The notes below the pieces were generated by a model that did not search any database, was not told the origin of the DNA, and worked only from the letters and a program-made list of their open reading frames with translations. Made by a program: the position numbers and the translations under genes. From the NCBI GenBank assembly GCA_039588275.1, contig JBDHAC010000022.1:1-55957 (forward strand): 55,957 nt of DNA, given 5' to 3'. The DNA comes from Gemmatimonadota bacterium. Its GTDB lineage: Bacteria > Gemmatimonadota > Gemmatimonadetes > Palauibacterales > Palauibacteraceae. This document shows, piece by piece, positions 17,582-27,479 of the stretch; the stretch's first letter is position 1; each line of letters begins with the position of its first letter.

Positions 17582-18601
17582 TCAATCCCGAGGGCCTTCG
17601 TACAGCGATCTGATACCCGCACCTCGACGGACCAGGGTCTGGTCGAGCAGCTTGGTATAGGCGTACAGGGCCTCGATGCGCGGGGTCGGAACCTCCACCT
17701 TCCGGCCGACCTCGATCACGGAACCCAGCAACGCCTCCACCTCGAGCGAGCGACCGGCCTCGACGTCCTGCAACATCGAGGTCCGATGCTGACCCACCCG
17801 CTGCGCTCCGCGCAAACGCCGTTCCAGGGGTACACGAAGGGTGATGCCGAGGGCTTCGGCGACGGACTGCGCTTCCGTCATGAGCTCCATGATAAGCGTC
17901 CGGATCTCGGGGTTCTCGCAGACCTCCTCCATCGTCGCGTGTGTGAGCGCGCTGATCGGGTTGAAGGCGAGCACGCCGATGAGCTTCAGCCACAGCTCGG
18001 CCCGGACGTCGTCCAATACCCAGGACTTGTATCCGGCCCCCTCGAAGAGACCTGTTGTCGCGCGTAGTCGGTCGGTATCTGAACCGTCGAGCTCGCCCAC
18101 GGGAAACGAGCGACCGTACAGGTGCCGAATCACTCCGGGGCGCTCGAGCGTGGCGGCGGGATAGGCCACACACCCCAGAATCCGTTCCGGCTCGAGGTGC
18201 GTGGCGATCCGGCCGTCGGGGTCAAGGCTGGTCAGACTCCAGCCGTCGAACGCACCGCCATGACGTTGGAAGTACCACCACGGGAGGCCGTTCTGGACCG
18301 TGAGCACGACCGTGTCTGGCCTGTAGAGGGCCCGCATGTCTTGTACGACGTCGCGGATTACCTGGGCCTTCACGGCCAGGATGACCAGATCCTGCTCGCC
18401 GGCCTCGCGGAAGCTGTCGGTGGCCCGGACGTCCCGGGCCACGCGCTCCTCTTGATCGGCCGACCGCACCCTGAGCCCCTCGCGGCGGATCGCCTCGAGC
18501 TGTGCGTCCACGTCGATGAGCGTGACGTCCCCGCCGGCGAGTGCCAGGTCGGCCCCGATGAGTCCACCAATGGCTCCCGCCCCCACCACACAGGTCTTCA
18601 T
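17582..18601 (-). CDS. 2-dehydropantoate 2-reductase (PanE/ApbA) family protein
   Basis: Start MKTCVVGAGAIGG (Rossmann), LAVKA, QNGLPWW, WLKL and TSMLQD...LE. Confidence 0.88.
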   Translation of the reverse strand: MKTCVVGAGAIGGLIGADLALAGGDVTLIDVDAQLEAIRREGLRVRSADQEERVARDVRATDSFREAGEQDLVILAVKAQVIRDVVQDMRALYRPDTVVLTVQNGLPWWYFQRHGGAFDGWSLTSLDPDGRIATHLEPERILGCVAYPAATLERPGVIRHLYGRSFPVGELDGSDTDRLRATTGLFEGAGYKSWVLDDVRAELWLKLIGVLAFNPISALTHATMEEVCENPEIRTLIMELMTEAQSVAEALGITLRVPLERRLRGAQRVGQHRTSMLQDVEAGRSLEVEALLGSVIEVGRKVEVPTPRIEALYAYTKLLDQTLVRRGAGIRSLYEGPRD

Positions 18602-18724
18602 GACTCCCAAGATTGTGCAGGGATATGCATTCGAGGAAAGTGGCCCGCCCCGAGCCCGCAAGGCAAAGATGGGGCGCGGGATTCCAGCCGGGCAACCGGG
18701 CGGGGATGGCTTCGAGACGCTTCG

Positions 18725-19204
18725 CTAGCTGCCTTCAAGCGGCAGCTCGAATTCAATTTCGTCCTCTATCGGGATGCCGTCTTCATTGAGCTCAGGTATC
18801 TCCGGCTTGAGCCTTCGCGCCTCGCTAACCGCTCCTCTATGGATCGCCACGAATCTCATTCCAATCGCTCGATAGAACTCTATCGCCCCGCGATTGTCAT
18901 TCGTCGTGACTAGCCACAGCCTGATGCATGCGGCATCATTCGCGATCGCCTGAACTGCCGTCATCAAGCTCCGGCCGATTCCTTGACGACGGAGCACGCT
19001 AAACAGAACCACGACCTCGCACTGGTCTTGATCCAATCGATAAAGAAGCACCCCCAGACGTTCGGAATCCTCCGCAACCAGTCCGGGCAAGGACAAGGCG
19101 TCGTGAAGGACACCTCGGGAGACCACTCGCGACGAGCCGAAATGCTCGCGCATAAGGCGGTCCAACCATGAGAGGTCAGAAGATTGCAGCGCCCGAATCT
19201 TCAT
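18725..19204 (-). CDS. GNAT N-acetyltransferase (cassette-like)
   Basis: RRQGIGRSLM, LVTTNDN, AIEFY and LKPEIP...IPIEDEIE. Codons are visibly more AT-rich than in neighbouring genes. Confidence 0.9.
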   Translation of the reverse strand: MKIRALQSSDLSWLDRLMREHFGSSRVVSRGVLHDALSLPGLVAEDSERLGVLLYRLDQDQCEVVVLFSVLRRQGIGRSLMTAVQAIANDAACIRLWLVTTNDNRGAIEFYRAIGMRFVAIHRGAVSEARRLKPEIPELNEDGIPIEDEIEFELPLEGS

Positions 19205-19219
19205 ATGGCAAGGAAGGAC

Positions 19220-19294
19220 ATCTAACGGCCCACGAGATTCTGCTGCCGATCAGGGTGCTCGTTGCGGGCACGATCGGCAAGACGGCCGCTCGAG
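19220..19294 (-). mobile_element. Degenerate attC-like site
   Basis: GTTAGAT (GTTRRRY) lies 15 nt before the GNAT ATG. Internal hairpin TGCCGATC/GATCGGCA plus GTGCTCG/CGGGCAC. The outer arm is imperfect. Confidence 0.4.
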
Positions 19295-19307
19295 CGGGCG
19301 AGCGGAC

Positions 19308-20567
19308 GTGAAGCGAGCTTCCTTCTATGTCGTCGGACTCTTTCTCGCCTACGTGGCCATGGAGGGAGTGGCCTGGGTCGGCCTGTTCGCGCTGGAGTCC
19401 ACGACCGGCACGTCCTTCTCACCGAGACCATCGGGTCTCACGGAAGAGCAGAGAGAGCTCATCCTGGCACACCTGGAGGGTCGTCGCGGATCACGCGCCC
19501 TGGCGGAGCCACATCCAGTCCTGGGATGGACGAACCGAACCGACTTCGGCCACCCCGAAGGAAGGTACCACACCAACTCCCGCGGTCTCCGGGGACGTGT
19601 GGAGTACCCTCTCTCTCCTCCGGACGACGCCATTCGCGTCTCCGCCTTCGGCGACTCGTTCACCTTCGGCTCAGACGTACGTGACGATGAGACGTGGGAG
19701 AGCAAGCTCAGCGCTTTCGATCCTCGCTTCGAGGTACTGAATTTCGGCGTAGGCGGCTACGGGACCGACCAGTCTTATCTTCGCTATCTGGAAGATGGTC
19801 TCGCGTTCAACTCCGACATCGTCATTATCGGTCTCATGTCGGAGAACGTCTCCCGCAACGTGAACGTGTTTCGGCCCTTCTATAGCCCCTATTACGAAAA
19901 TGCCGTGTTTCCGAAGCCCCGCTTCGCGCTTCGTGACACAGCGCTGGTTCTTTTGCCGAACCCGTTTCCCGAGCCGACCGACATGCGGCGGATGCTCGCG
20001 GACGAGGAGGAAGCCTTCGAGCGCATGGGGCGGGACGACCACCATTATCGGCTGGGGTACTCCGCGGGCCCGCTGGACGGGTCCCCCACGGGACGCCTGA
20101 TCAAGATGATGGCGGCGCTCCCAAGACAGCGAGCCGGTCGCATTCTGGGAGATGACGGCGTGTACGATGTCGAGTCGGAAGCATACCGCCTCACACTCGT
20201 GGTGCTGGAGCGGTTTTACAGAAGCGTGCTCGAACACGGGTCGCTGCCCATCATCCTCATCTACCCCGACGGTCCGGATCTGAGGAATCATCGGAGGGGA
20301 GTCCTCACGAAATACGCACCGCTTCCGGGAGACCTCGAGCTGCGTGGGTTGGCTTATATCGACCTCATGGACGCCTTCGACGAAACGGCGGAGGCCGCTT
20401 CATTCGAGGACCTCACGATCGCGCCGTGGGCGCACTACACGCCTCTCGCGAACCGGGTCGTGGCCGAGCACGTTGGGCGCTACCTGGAGGACCGGGGGCT
20501 CCAGGCCCGGGGGCGCGTTCGCGCGCTACGCGATGAGGAGTTGGTGCGGACCGGCCTCGGAAACTAG
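19308..20567 (+). CDS. Membrane-anchored SGNH/GDSL hydrolase family protein
   Basis: N-terminal TM, HPVLGW, NSRGLR, GDSFTFG, NFGVGGYG and a C-terminal AHYT. Confidence 0.85.
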   Translation: MKRASFYVVGLFLAYVAMEGVAWVGLFALESTTGTSFSPRPSGLTEEQRELILAHLEGRRGSRALAEPHPVLGWTNRTDFGHPEGRYHTNSRGLRGRVEYPLSPPDDAIRVSAFGDSFTFGSDVRDDETWESKLSAFDPRFEVLNFGVGGYGTDQSYLRYLEDGLAFNSDIVIIGLMSENVSRNVNVFRPFYSPYYENAVFPKPRFALRDTALVLLPNPFPEPTDMRRMLADEEEAFERMGRDDHHYRLGYSAGPLDGSPTGRLIKMMAALPRQRAGRILGDDGVYDVESEAYRLTLVVLERFYRSVLEHGSLPIILIYPDGPDLRNHRRGVLTKYAPLPGDLELRGLAYIDLMDAFDETAEAASFEDLTIAPWAHYTPLANRVVAEHVGRYLEDRGLQARGRVRALRDEELVRTGLGN

Positions 20568-20674
20568 AGCGCTCGTCTTTCATCCTCGGCCGCCGGTGCC
20601 TACAGGTTTCGATACGGCCGATCTTCGAGAGGCCAAAACCTTACTCGACGAACTTTCAGCTTAGAGGATCCACT

Positions 20675-21184
20675 GTGTTCGACAGCATTCTGGACGAAGC
20701 GCTGGAGGCGTGGACCGATGCCCGTCAGGGCGTGATCGACGAGCTCGAGAACCTCCCCGCCGAAAGCTTCACTGCCCGCCCGGTCCCGGGAATGCGAAGC
20801 GTGGCCGAGATGGCGCTCCACATCCTCGAGGTCGCGCAGATGATGGTGGGGGAGCTGTGCCGGGAGGACACCGACTTCCGGCGGCTGCCGTGGCCCGAGC
20901 TGCTGGAGATGCACGCCGGAGAGCTGCTTCAGCTCACTGAGCGGGACGATCTCTTAGCGGCGCTCCGCACCACGCTCGAGGACGGAATCGAGAAGTTCCG
21001 CGGAGTGGGCGAGCTCCACATGCTTCAGACGATCGAGCGGTTCGACGGCGAGCGGGGCACTCGTCTCGCGTGGCTCCACCACGGAATCGCGCAGGAGATG
21101 TATCACCGGGGACAGCTGGCCGCCTACGCGCGTCTGTTGGGAGAGGTGCCGGCGCTCACCAAGCGGATCCATTCGGCCGGGTAA
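20675..21184 (+). CDS. DinB family protein
   Basis: RSVAEMALHI and QEMYHRGQL four-helix DinB motifs. Confidence 0.88.
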   Translation: MFDSILDEALEAWTDARQGVIDELENLPAESFTARPVPGMRSVAEMALHILEVAQMMVGELCREDTDFRRLPWPELLEMHAGELLQLTERDDLLAALRTTLEDGIEKFRGVGELHMLQTIERFDGERGTRLAWLHHGIAQEMYHRGQLAAYARLLGEVPALTKRIHSAG

Positions 21185-21251
21185 GAGGCGAGCCTCAGCG
21201 CTTGAAGAGCTCCTCCTGAAGGCGAAGTTGGCGGGACGGGAGGCGGCGGCC

Positions 21252-22238
21252 CTAGGCCGGGTACCAGTTCTTGTCCCAGGCGTGCTCCTCGAGCCGGGAG
21301 AGCATGCCGGGCGACAAGGGACCCGCCGCCGATGCCGCGGCGTTCAGCCGAACGTGCTCGGCACGCCGCATCCCGGGGATCACCGTCGACACCTCGGGTG
21401 ACGAGAGACAGAATCGGAGCGCCAGCTCCGGTAGCGTCTGCACGTCGTCATCGAGAAGTCGGGCCAGGGCCTCCGCCCTCCGTTCGGCCTCCGCACGCCG
21501 GTCGCCGCAGAAGTACTCTTCTCGCCAGTCCCCGGCCGGAAACACCGTTTCGGAGCTGATCTGCCCCGTCAGCGCGCCTTCATCGAACGGCACCCGGACG
21601 ATCATGCCGAGCGGCTTCGTCCTCGCGAGCTCGAACAACGCCACTTCGGGAGAGCGATCGTAGATGTTGTAGATCACCTGGGCCGTCTCGAAGATCGGAT
21701 CCGCCAGCGCTCGCAACGCGGTCTCGGGCGCGTGGTCGTTGATCGAGATCCCCCAGTGCAGGACCTTCCCCTCCTCCTTGAGGCGAGCCATCTGCTCGTA
21801 CGACGCGGCCCACCCGCGATCGTCGAGCCAGTTGTCGTGCCACACGTGGAGCTGTTGGAGCGGCAGGGCATCGATGCCGAGATTCCTGAGCGACTCCTCC
21901 GTGCATGCGGACAGATGTAAGGGGGGGAAGGTGTCCCGGACGGATCTGTTCCCGTCCCCGGGCCACTCATCGTTGAGCGGCGGGACCTTGCTGGCGACGA
22001 TTACGTGACCGTCGCGGATCTCCTCGCGAAGCACCTGGCCGATCATCCGCTCGCTGTGACCGGCCCCGTACACCAGCGCCGTGTCGACGAACGTCATGCC
22101 GCCGTCCACGGCCTCGCGAAGCGCGTCGGCGCCCACGCTGTCTTCGACCCCGCGCCACATGTCGGCTCCGATTCCCCAACCGCCGAAGCCGACTTCGCTA
22201 ACCTCGTATCCGGTCGTGCCCAGAGTTCGACTGTTCAT
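21252..22238 (-). CDS. Aldo/keto reductase
   Basis: GFGGWGIG, DTALVYG, ASK, LQQLH, WGIS and VIPGM. GGGAGG RBS lies before ATG 22238. Confidence 0.92.
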   Translation of the reverse strand: MNSRTLGTTGYEVSEVGFGGWGIGADMWRGVEDSVGADALREAVDGGMTFVDTALVYGAGHSERMIGQVLREEIRDGHVIVASKVPPLNDEWPGDGNRSVRDTFPPLHLSACTEESLRNLGIDALPLQQLHVWHDNWLDDRGWAASYEQMARLKEEGKVLHWGISINDHAPETALRALADPIFETAQVIYNIYDRSPEVALFELARTKPLGMIVRVPFDEGALTGQISSETVFPAGDWREEYFCGDRRAEAERRAEALARLLDDDVQTLPELALRFCLSSPEVSTVIPGMRRAEHVRLNAAASAAGPLSPGMLSRLEEHAWDKNWYPA

Positions 22239-22449
22239 GTTCAGCACCTCCCTCGTGGGCGGAATGTGAGCCTTGCCGTTCGACACCTGCAACCGCGCCG
22301 AGCGTCCGTTCGCGGCAGGCTCGGGGAGGCTAGCGCAGCCGCATGGAAGGCGCCTAGTCTAGACGTGAACCGAGTCTCGCCGCGTCGGGCCGGGCCTGGT
22401 CGAGCACGACCGTTCGATCGAGCGCGGTCGAAGCGGGATTGGAGCCAAG

Positions 22450-23274
22450 ATGCGAGTCATCATCGAGCCCGATACCGCGGCGGTCGCTCTTCGGGCGGCG
22501 ACCGCCATCGCCGACCTCATCCACCGGTCGCCCGCATGTGTCCTGGGCCTTGCGACCGGCAGGACTCCTCTGGCCCTCTACGAAGAGCTCGTTCGGAGCC
22601 ATCGCGAGGACGGGCTCTCGTTCTCGCTAGTCACCACGTTCTGCCTGGACGAGTACATCGGGCTCCCGCCCGAGCACTGCGCGAGCTTCGCGGCCTACAT
22701 GCGCGAGAATCTCTTCGATCACGTAGACATCGATCCGGCGAACATCCACCTGCCGGATGGCGGTGCCGAGGACCTTCAACAGGCATGTGAGTCCTACGAA
22801 GGTGCCATCCGCGAGGCCGGTGGCATCGAACTGCAGGTTCTCGGCATCGGATCGAACGGACACATCGGATTCAACGAGCCGGGCTCGTCGCTCGGTAGTC
22901 GCACGCGCGTGAAGACGCTCACCCGAGAGACGCTCGAGGCGAACGCGCCATCCTTTGAGAGCCCGGAGGTACTCCCTCGCCAGGCGATCACCATGGGGGT
23001 GGGGACGATCCTCGAGGCGAGAACCTGTATGCTTCTCGCGCTGGGGAAGGACAAGGCGCCTGCAATACGCGACATGGTCGAGGGGCCGATCACGGCACAG
23101 GTACCGGCTTCCGCCCTACAGCTACACCCGGACGCGATCGTTATCGTCGACGAAGGCGCTGCTTCTCGGCTTCAGCGCCGCCGCTACTACATGGAGGTGG
23201 AGGAGGCGCAGCAGCGCCTGGAAGCGGACGCGACGCTAAACGAGCGCGTAGAAGCGGGCGCTACAGCCGGGTAG
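22450..23274 (+). CDS. nagB: Glucosamine-6-phosphate deaminase
   Basis: LGLATGRTP, LDEY, LGIGSNGHIGFNEPGSS, AITMG and PASALQLH. Confidence 0.93.
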   Translation: MRVIIEPDTAAVALRAATAIADLIHRSPACVLGLATGRTPLALYEELVRSHREDGLSFSLVTTFCLDEYIGLPPEHCASFAAYMRENLFDHVDIDPANIHLPDGGAEDLQQACESYEGAIREAGGIELQVLGIGSNGHIGFNEPGSSLGSRTRVKTLTRETLEANAPSFESPEVLPRQAITMGVGTILEARTCMLLALGKDKAPAIRDMVEGPITAQVPASALQLHPDAIVIVDEGAASRLQRRRYYMEVEEAQQRLEADATLNERVEAGATAG

Positions 23275-23283
23275 GATCCTGCA

Positions 23284-23302
23284 CCGGGCAACGTTTGCCC
23301 GG
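23284..23302. terminator. Hairpin between convergent nagB and GH4 genes
   Basis: CCGGGCA-ACGTT-TGCCCGG. No U-tract. Confidence 0.4.
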
Positions 23303-23321
23303 CGCCCGCCGGATGGGTTTC

Positions 23322-24698
23322 CTACCGGGGCCACACCATCTCCGGGAGGACGTTGGACTGGAGCTCGCACATCTCGTTGATGAGATGGACCGCGGCCTGG
23401 TACGAGGGCGTGGTCGGATCCAGCAGCACGGCCTGTAGAAGCTTGTCTCGCGAGCCCTCCTCGAACGCTTCGCACAGCAGGCGATTGATCGAGATCTGAG
23501 GCCGCAACATAGCCAGCACTCCTTCCGGCAGGTCAGAGATATCCGACGGCCTGAGAGCCCCTTCGTCCGCGAGTGCCGGGACCTCGACGACGGCCCCTTC
23601 CGGCAGCCCCTGCACGTAGCCCCGATTGGGGATGTTCACGGCGTCCAGGCGTTGCACGACACCACACGACACGCCTTCGATGAGCGGGATCGCCAGCTCG
23701 CCGGAGGGCATCGGCGCCGCCGGGTCAGAGGTCTCTCTCTCGCCCGGGCGCAGTCGGCCTTCCGAGGTGGGGTGGTAGAGCGGGACGCCGGTGGGCTGTT
23801 CTTCCAGGTTGTAGATCCATGGCGGCACGCGGTCGTCTTTCCAGGGGTCGAGCTCCGCCGGGTCGTAAAAGAACTGAAGCGGGCTGCTCGCGAGGAAGCC
23901 TTGAGCCCACCCGATGTACTCGCCGATGTGGTTGGCCCCCGGCGATGGATACAGTCCGAAGACGCGAAGTAGCGTTCGGCTGAGGGCGATCTCATCCCAG
24001 TCCGACAGCCAGTGAGCGCGGCGCTCGCGTTCTCGGAGGTCGGGGTACAGATCCTCGCCGGTCGCGCGGTCGCGGATCGACGTAAACCACGTGAAGTGGT
24101 TGAGCCCGCTCGCCTCGAACTCGATCTCGTCCACGGGTCGCTCCAGGAATGCGGCGACCTGTTCCATGCCTCCGAACACTCCGTGACACAGCCCGACCGT
24201 GGTGACACCGCTCGAGCGAGTCAGCTGTTCGCACAGCTTCGTGAGCGGGTTCGTGTAGTTCAGGAGCCACGCATCCGGGCAGACCCTGTCCATCGTGCGT
24301 GCCACCTCTACGCACGGTCCCATGCCGCGGAGCGCGTGGAAGAGCCCGCCCGGCCCTCCGTTCTCCCCGTACATCTGCCGGAAGCCGAGCTTGCGGGGGA
24401 TGTGAAAGTCCTGCGACCAGTAGAAGTATCGTCTCCGCTCGATCGACAGGATCACGTGGTCCGCATCCTGGAGCGCATCCTCGAGCGAGGTCGTGGCCTC
24501 GAGACCGGGCTCGCGGTCGAGCGCCTCCGCACAAGCACGCGCGTAGGTGCGGGTTCGCTCGACCGCCGACGCATCGAGATCCATCAGCGTCAGGTGGAGA
24601 TCGCACTCGCAGATCGGATCGCTGAGCAGGATGTCCGCCACGGTCGCGGGTCCGAACTCGCGGCTTCCCGCGCCGATGATGGCGATCTTGAGCTTCAT
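23322..24698 (-). CDS. Glycoside hydrolase family 4 (NAD+/Mn-dependent)
   Basis: KIAIIGAGS, GENGGPGG, NYTNP, GLCHG, GLNHF, NIPN and VVEVP. Confidence 0.92.
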   Translation of the reverse strand: MKLKIAIIGAGSREFGPATVADILLSDPICECDLHLTLMDLDASAVERTRTYARACAEALDREPGLEATTSLEDALQDADHVILSIERRRYFYWSQDFHIPRKLGFRQMYGENGGPGGLFHALRGMGPCVEVARTMDRVCPDAWLLNYTNPLTKLCEQLTRSSGVTTVGLCHGVFGGMEQVAAFLERPVDEIEFEASGLNHFTWFTSIRDRATGEDLYPDLRERERRAHWLSDWDEIALSRTLLRVFGLYPSPGANHIGEYIGWAQGFLASSPLQFFYDPAELDPWKDDRVPPWIYNLEEQPTGVPLYHPTSEGRLRPGERETSDPAAPMPSGELAIPLIEGVSCGVVQRLDAVNIPNRGYVQGLPEGAVVEVPALADEGALRPSDISDLPEGVLAMLRPQISINRLLCEAFEEGSRDKLLQAVLLDPTTPSYQAAVHLINEMCELQSNVLPEMVWPR

Positions 24699-24726
24699 GG
24701 TCTTTCGTCGGTGAAGAGTTCGTCCT

Positions 24727-26520
24727 TCAAGTGGTTATCCCACCTTCGCGCCGAGCCACCCGAAGCGCGAGAAGGGCCGCGATGCCCGAGAGGGCCACCA
24801 AAATGACTCCGGCCCCGGGTCGGCCGGTGAGGCCGTACCCGACGCCGAGAAGCGAAGTGTACAGAAACACGGTGCCGAGGAAGAACCCCAACCATCGACC
24901 GGCGCTCGAGCCGTCCGTGACGACATCGTCCGCCACCCGGGACACGGGGCCCCACCACCCGCCTGGACGCACCTTTCGATAGAACGCCTCCAGCCCCTTC
25001 GGATCGTCGGGTGGCGTGAGGAGTGCGACGGTGACCCACACGATCGTACAGACGAGAACGATGACCGTGGCCCGGACGAAATCGTACTCCGTCCCGTAGA
25101 AGACCGCCGCCGACTCCGCGAAAGCGGTCGGGGCGAGGCCGACGCGATGGGCCAGCTCGACCAGCATTCCGCCGTTGGCCAGCAGGACTGACCCGGCCAT
25201 CGCCGTGATCTCGGCCCAGGCATTGACCCGCCACCAGTACCACCTGAGCAGCCAGACGAACGCGATTCCGGCCGTGAGCTCGATGACGTAGATCCACGCC
25301 CGTTGGATAGAGGTCATCTGCCACGCGGCGAGCGCGGCCACCACCGCCAGGAGCGCGACCGCGATCCGTGAAGCGCGCACGTAGTGGATCTCGTCGGCCC
25401 CCCGTCGCACGAACCTCCGGTACACGTCGTTGACGAGGTACGACGCGCCCCAGCACAGGTGGGTGTCCATCGTGCTCATGAACGCGGCGAGGAATGCCGC
25501 GACCACGAGCCCGCGCAGGCCGACGGGCATCAGCTCGCCGATCATCATCGGGTAGGCGAGCTCGGGATCCGCGGCCAGCGCCGCCCCGGCGGACGAAGCC
25601 GGCAACACCAGCAGCGACCCCAGTCCCACGATGATCCACGGCCACGTCATCAGCACGATCCCCGCAAACGCGAACCACAGCGCCGACAGCATCGACTGCC
25701 GCTCGTCGCCCGACGCGAACAACCGCTGCGCGACATACCCGTCGCCCTGACCGCTCCGCACCCAAAGGAAGAGGATCAGACAGACGAAAGAGCCGAATTC
25801 GAGTGGACCGAGGTGCGCCGCGTTCGGTACGAGGTCGAGGGTGGCGGGCACTGTCTCAGGCAGCGCGCGTACCGCCTCCACCATCGCGACCGGCCCACCA
25901 GTGATCGACAGGACGATGCCGGCCAGGATCACCGAGCCCAGCATGCCGACGACGAACTGGAGGAAGTCGGTGGCGACGACGCCCCAGAGCCCGGCGGCGG
26001 CGGTGTAGATCAGTGCCGCGATCACACAGACCGTGAGGGTGAAAGCGGGATCCCACCCGAGCAGCACCTGGCTGAACTTGACCATGGCGAGCATGACCCA
26101 GCCCATCACGACCGCGTTCCTGAGCACCCCGTGATACAGGGCCGTGAAGCCGCGAAGGGCCGCCGCGGGCCTGCCCGAGTAACGCAGCTCGATGAGCTCG
26201 GCGTCGGTCACGATCCCCGCGCGTCGCCACAGCTTGGCGTAGAAGAAGGCCAGCATGATCACGCCGGTGCCCTCGTACCACCACAGCCAGTTGGCGTATA
26301 GACCCCGCTCGCGAACAATGCCGGCCGTCGCGAGCGGGGCGTCGGCCGCGAACCATGTGGCGGCGAGCGATGTGCCGGCGATCCACCACGGTAGCGTGCG
26401 GCCGGCCAGGAAGTAGTCCTCGATGCTCCGCCCCGCGCGCCGCGAGAACCAGACTCCCAGGGCGATGACGACGGCCCCGTAGATGGCGATGATGAGGAGG
26501 TCGATGGATGTCAGCCGCAC
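24727..26520 (-). CDS. Sodium:solute symporter family protein
   Basis: YFLAGRTLPWW, GLWGVVATDFLQ, AQR, AAFMSTMDT and LRWYWWRVNA, with about 14-15 TM helices. Confidence 0.93.
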   Translation of the reverse strand: MRLTSIDLLIIAIYGAVVIALGVWFSRRAGRSIEDYFLAGRTLPWWIAGTSLAATWFAADAPLATAGIVRERGLYANWLWWYEGTGVIMLAFFYAKLWRRAGIVTDAELIELRYSGRPAAALRGFTALYHGVLRNAVVMGWVMLAMVKFSQVLLGWDPAFTLTVCVIAALIYTAAAGLWGVVATDFLQFVVGMLGSVILAGIVLSITGGPVAMVEAVRALPETVPATLDLVPNAAHLGPLEFGSFVCLILFLWVRSGQGDGYVAQRLFASGDERQSMLSALWFAFAGIVLMTWPWIIVGLGSLLVLPASSAGAALAADPELAYPMMIGELMPVGLRGLVVAAFLAAFMSTMDTHLCWGASYLVNDVYRRFVRRGADEIHYVRASRIAVALLAVVAALAAWQMTSIQRAWIYVIELTAGIAFVWLLRWYWWRVNAWAEITAMAGSVLLANGGMLVELAHRVGLAPTAFAESAAVFYGTEYDFVRATVIVLVCTIVWVTVALLTPPDDPKGLEAFYRKVRPGGWWGPVSRVADDVVTDGSSAGRWLGFFLGTVFLYTSLLGVGYGLTGRPGAGVILVALSGIAALLALRVARREGGITT

Positions 26521-26789
26521 GTGACGTCAGGCCTCACTTCGCGCGCGAAGGGTGGAGAGCCGGTTGTGACTCGGGAGACATCGCGGGACCGCCTGGGTGA
26601 GACGTCAGCTCAGAATCTCCAGGCTCGGAAGCTGATCATTGGAAAGGGGAGCGGCAACCGATGCAATACGCAGTGGCTTCTCGCATCGCCGTTCTTGCGC
26701 GTGACCGTGATCCGGCGCGAAGCTAAGGGCCGCGAGCCCACGCATTCGCGTGACGGACCATCAGAACGTGGCATGGCGAAGGAGGAACA

Positions 26790-27323
26790 ATGGACGTGAG
26801 CAAGCTGCAACGAGGCGAGCGGATGGCGATGTTCTCCGGGATCGCCCTGTTCTTGATCATGATCCTGTTCCCCTGGTTCGGCGTCGACATCCCCGCGGAG
26901 GTGCGCGGACTCGCCGAGATGTCCGGACAGGACTTCAGATTCAATGCGTTCGAGGCGTTCGAGGTAATCGACCTCATTCTGTTCGTCACGGTCGTGGTCG
27001 TGGTCGGACTCGCGTTCGCCACAGCTACAGGACGAAAGATCCGGCTTCCGGTCTCTGCAAGCGCGCTGACAGCAGCGCTCGGCATCCTCTCCACCTTCCT
27101 GATCTTCTATCGAATTCTAGACGTGCCCGGACCCGGAGGCGGAATGGGGATAGAGCGCAAGCTCGGGGTGTTCCTCGGTCTCATCGCCGCGGCAGGCATC
27201 GCATACGGCGGCTGGATCTCCATGAAGTCGGAGGGAGTCACCTTCGCCGAGGCGGCCGAGGACCTCCAGGACCGCTTTGCCCCTGAGGACACCGATGAGG
27301 GTACGCCCACGGAGAGCGGCTGA
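26790..27323 (+). CDS. Hypothetical 4-TM membrane protein
   Basis: AGGAGG RBS, GC3-biased codons, four hydrophobic segments, an acidic tail and its own terminator. Confidence 0.8.
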   Translation: MDVSKLQRGERMAMFSGIALFLIMILFPWFGVDIPAEVRGLAEMSGQDFRFNAFEAFEVIDLILFVTVVVVVGLAFATATGRKIRLPVSASALTAALGILSTFLIFYRILDVPGPGGGMGIERKLGVFLGLIAAAGIAYGGWISMKSEGVTFAEAAEDLQDRFAPEDTDEGTPTESG

Positions 27324-27356
27324 GACCGACCCGAGATCGCGGCGCAACGCTCGGCA

Positions 27357-27382
27357 GAAAGCCCGCTACCAGGCGGGCTTTC
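27357..27382. terminator. Intrinsic (probably bidirectional) terminator
   Basis: GAAAGCCCGC-TACCAG-GCGGGCTTTC between convergent genes. Confidence 0.75.
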
Positions 27383-27479
27383 GTGCATCCTGGGAGGATC
27401 CCCCCCGAAGGCGCCGCTTCGGGAGGGGGCGTCTGGCATGGCGGCGCCCGGGGCGAGGTTCGCTCCGGACTCGCCGTCG

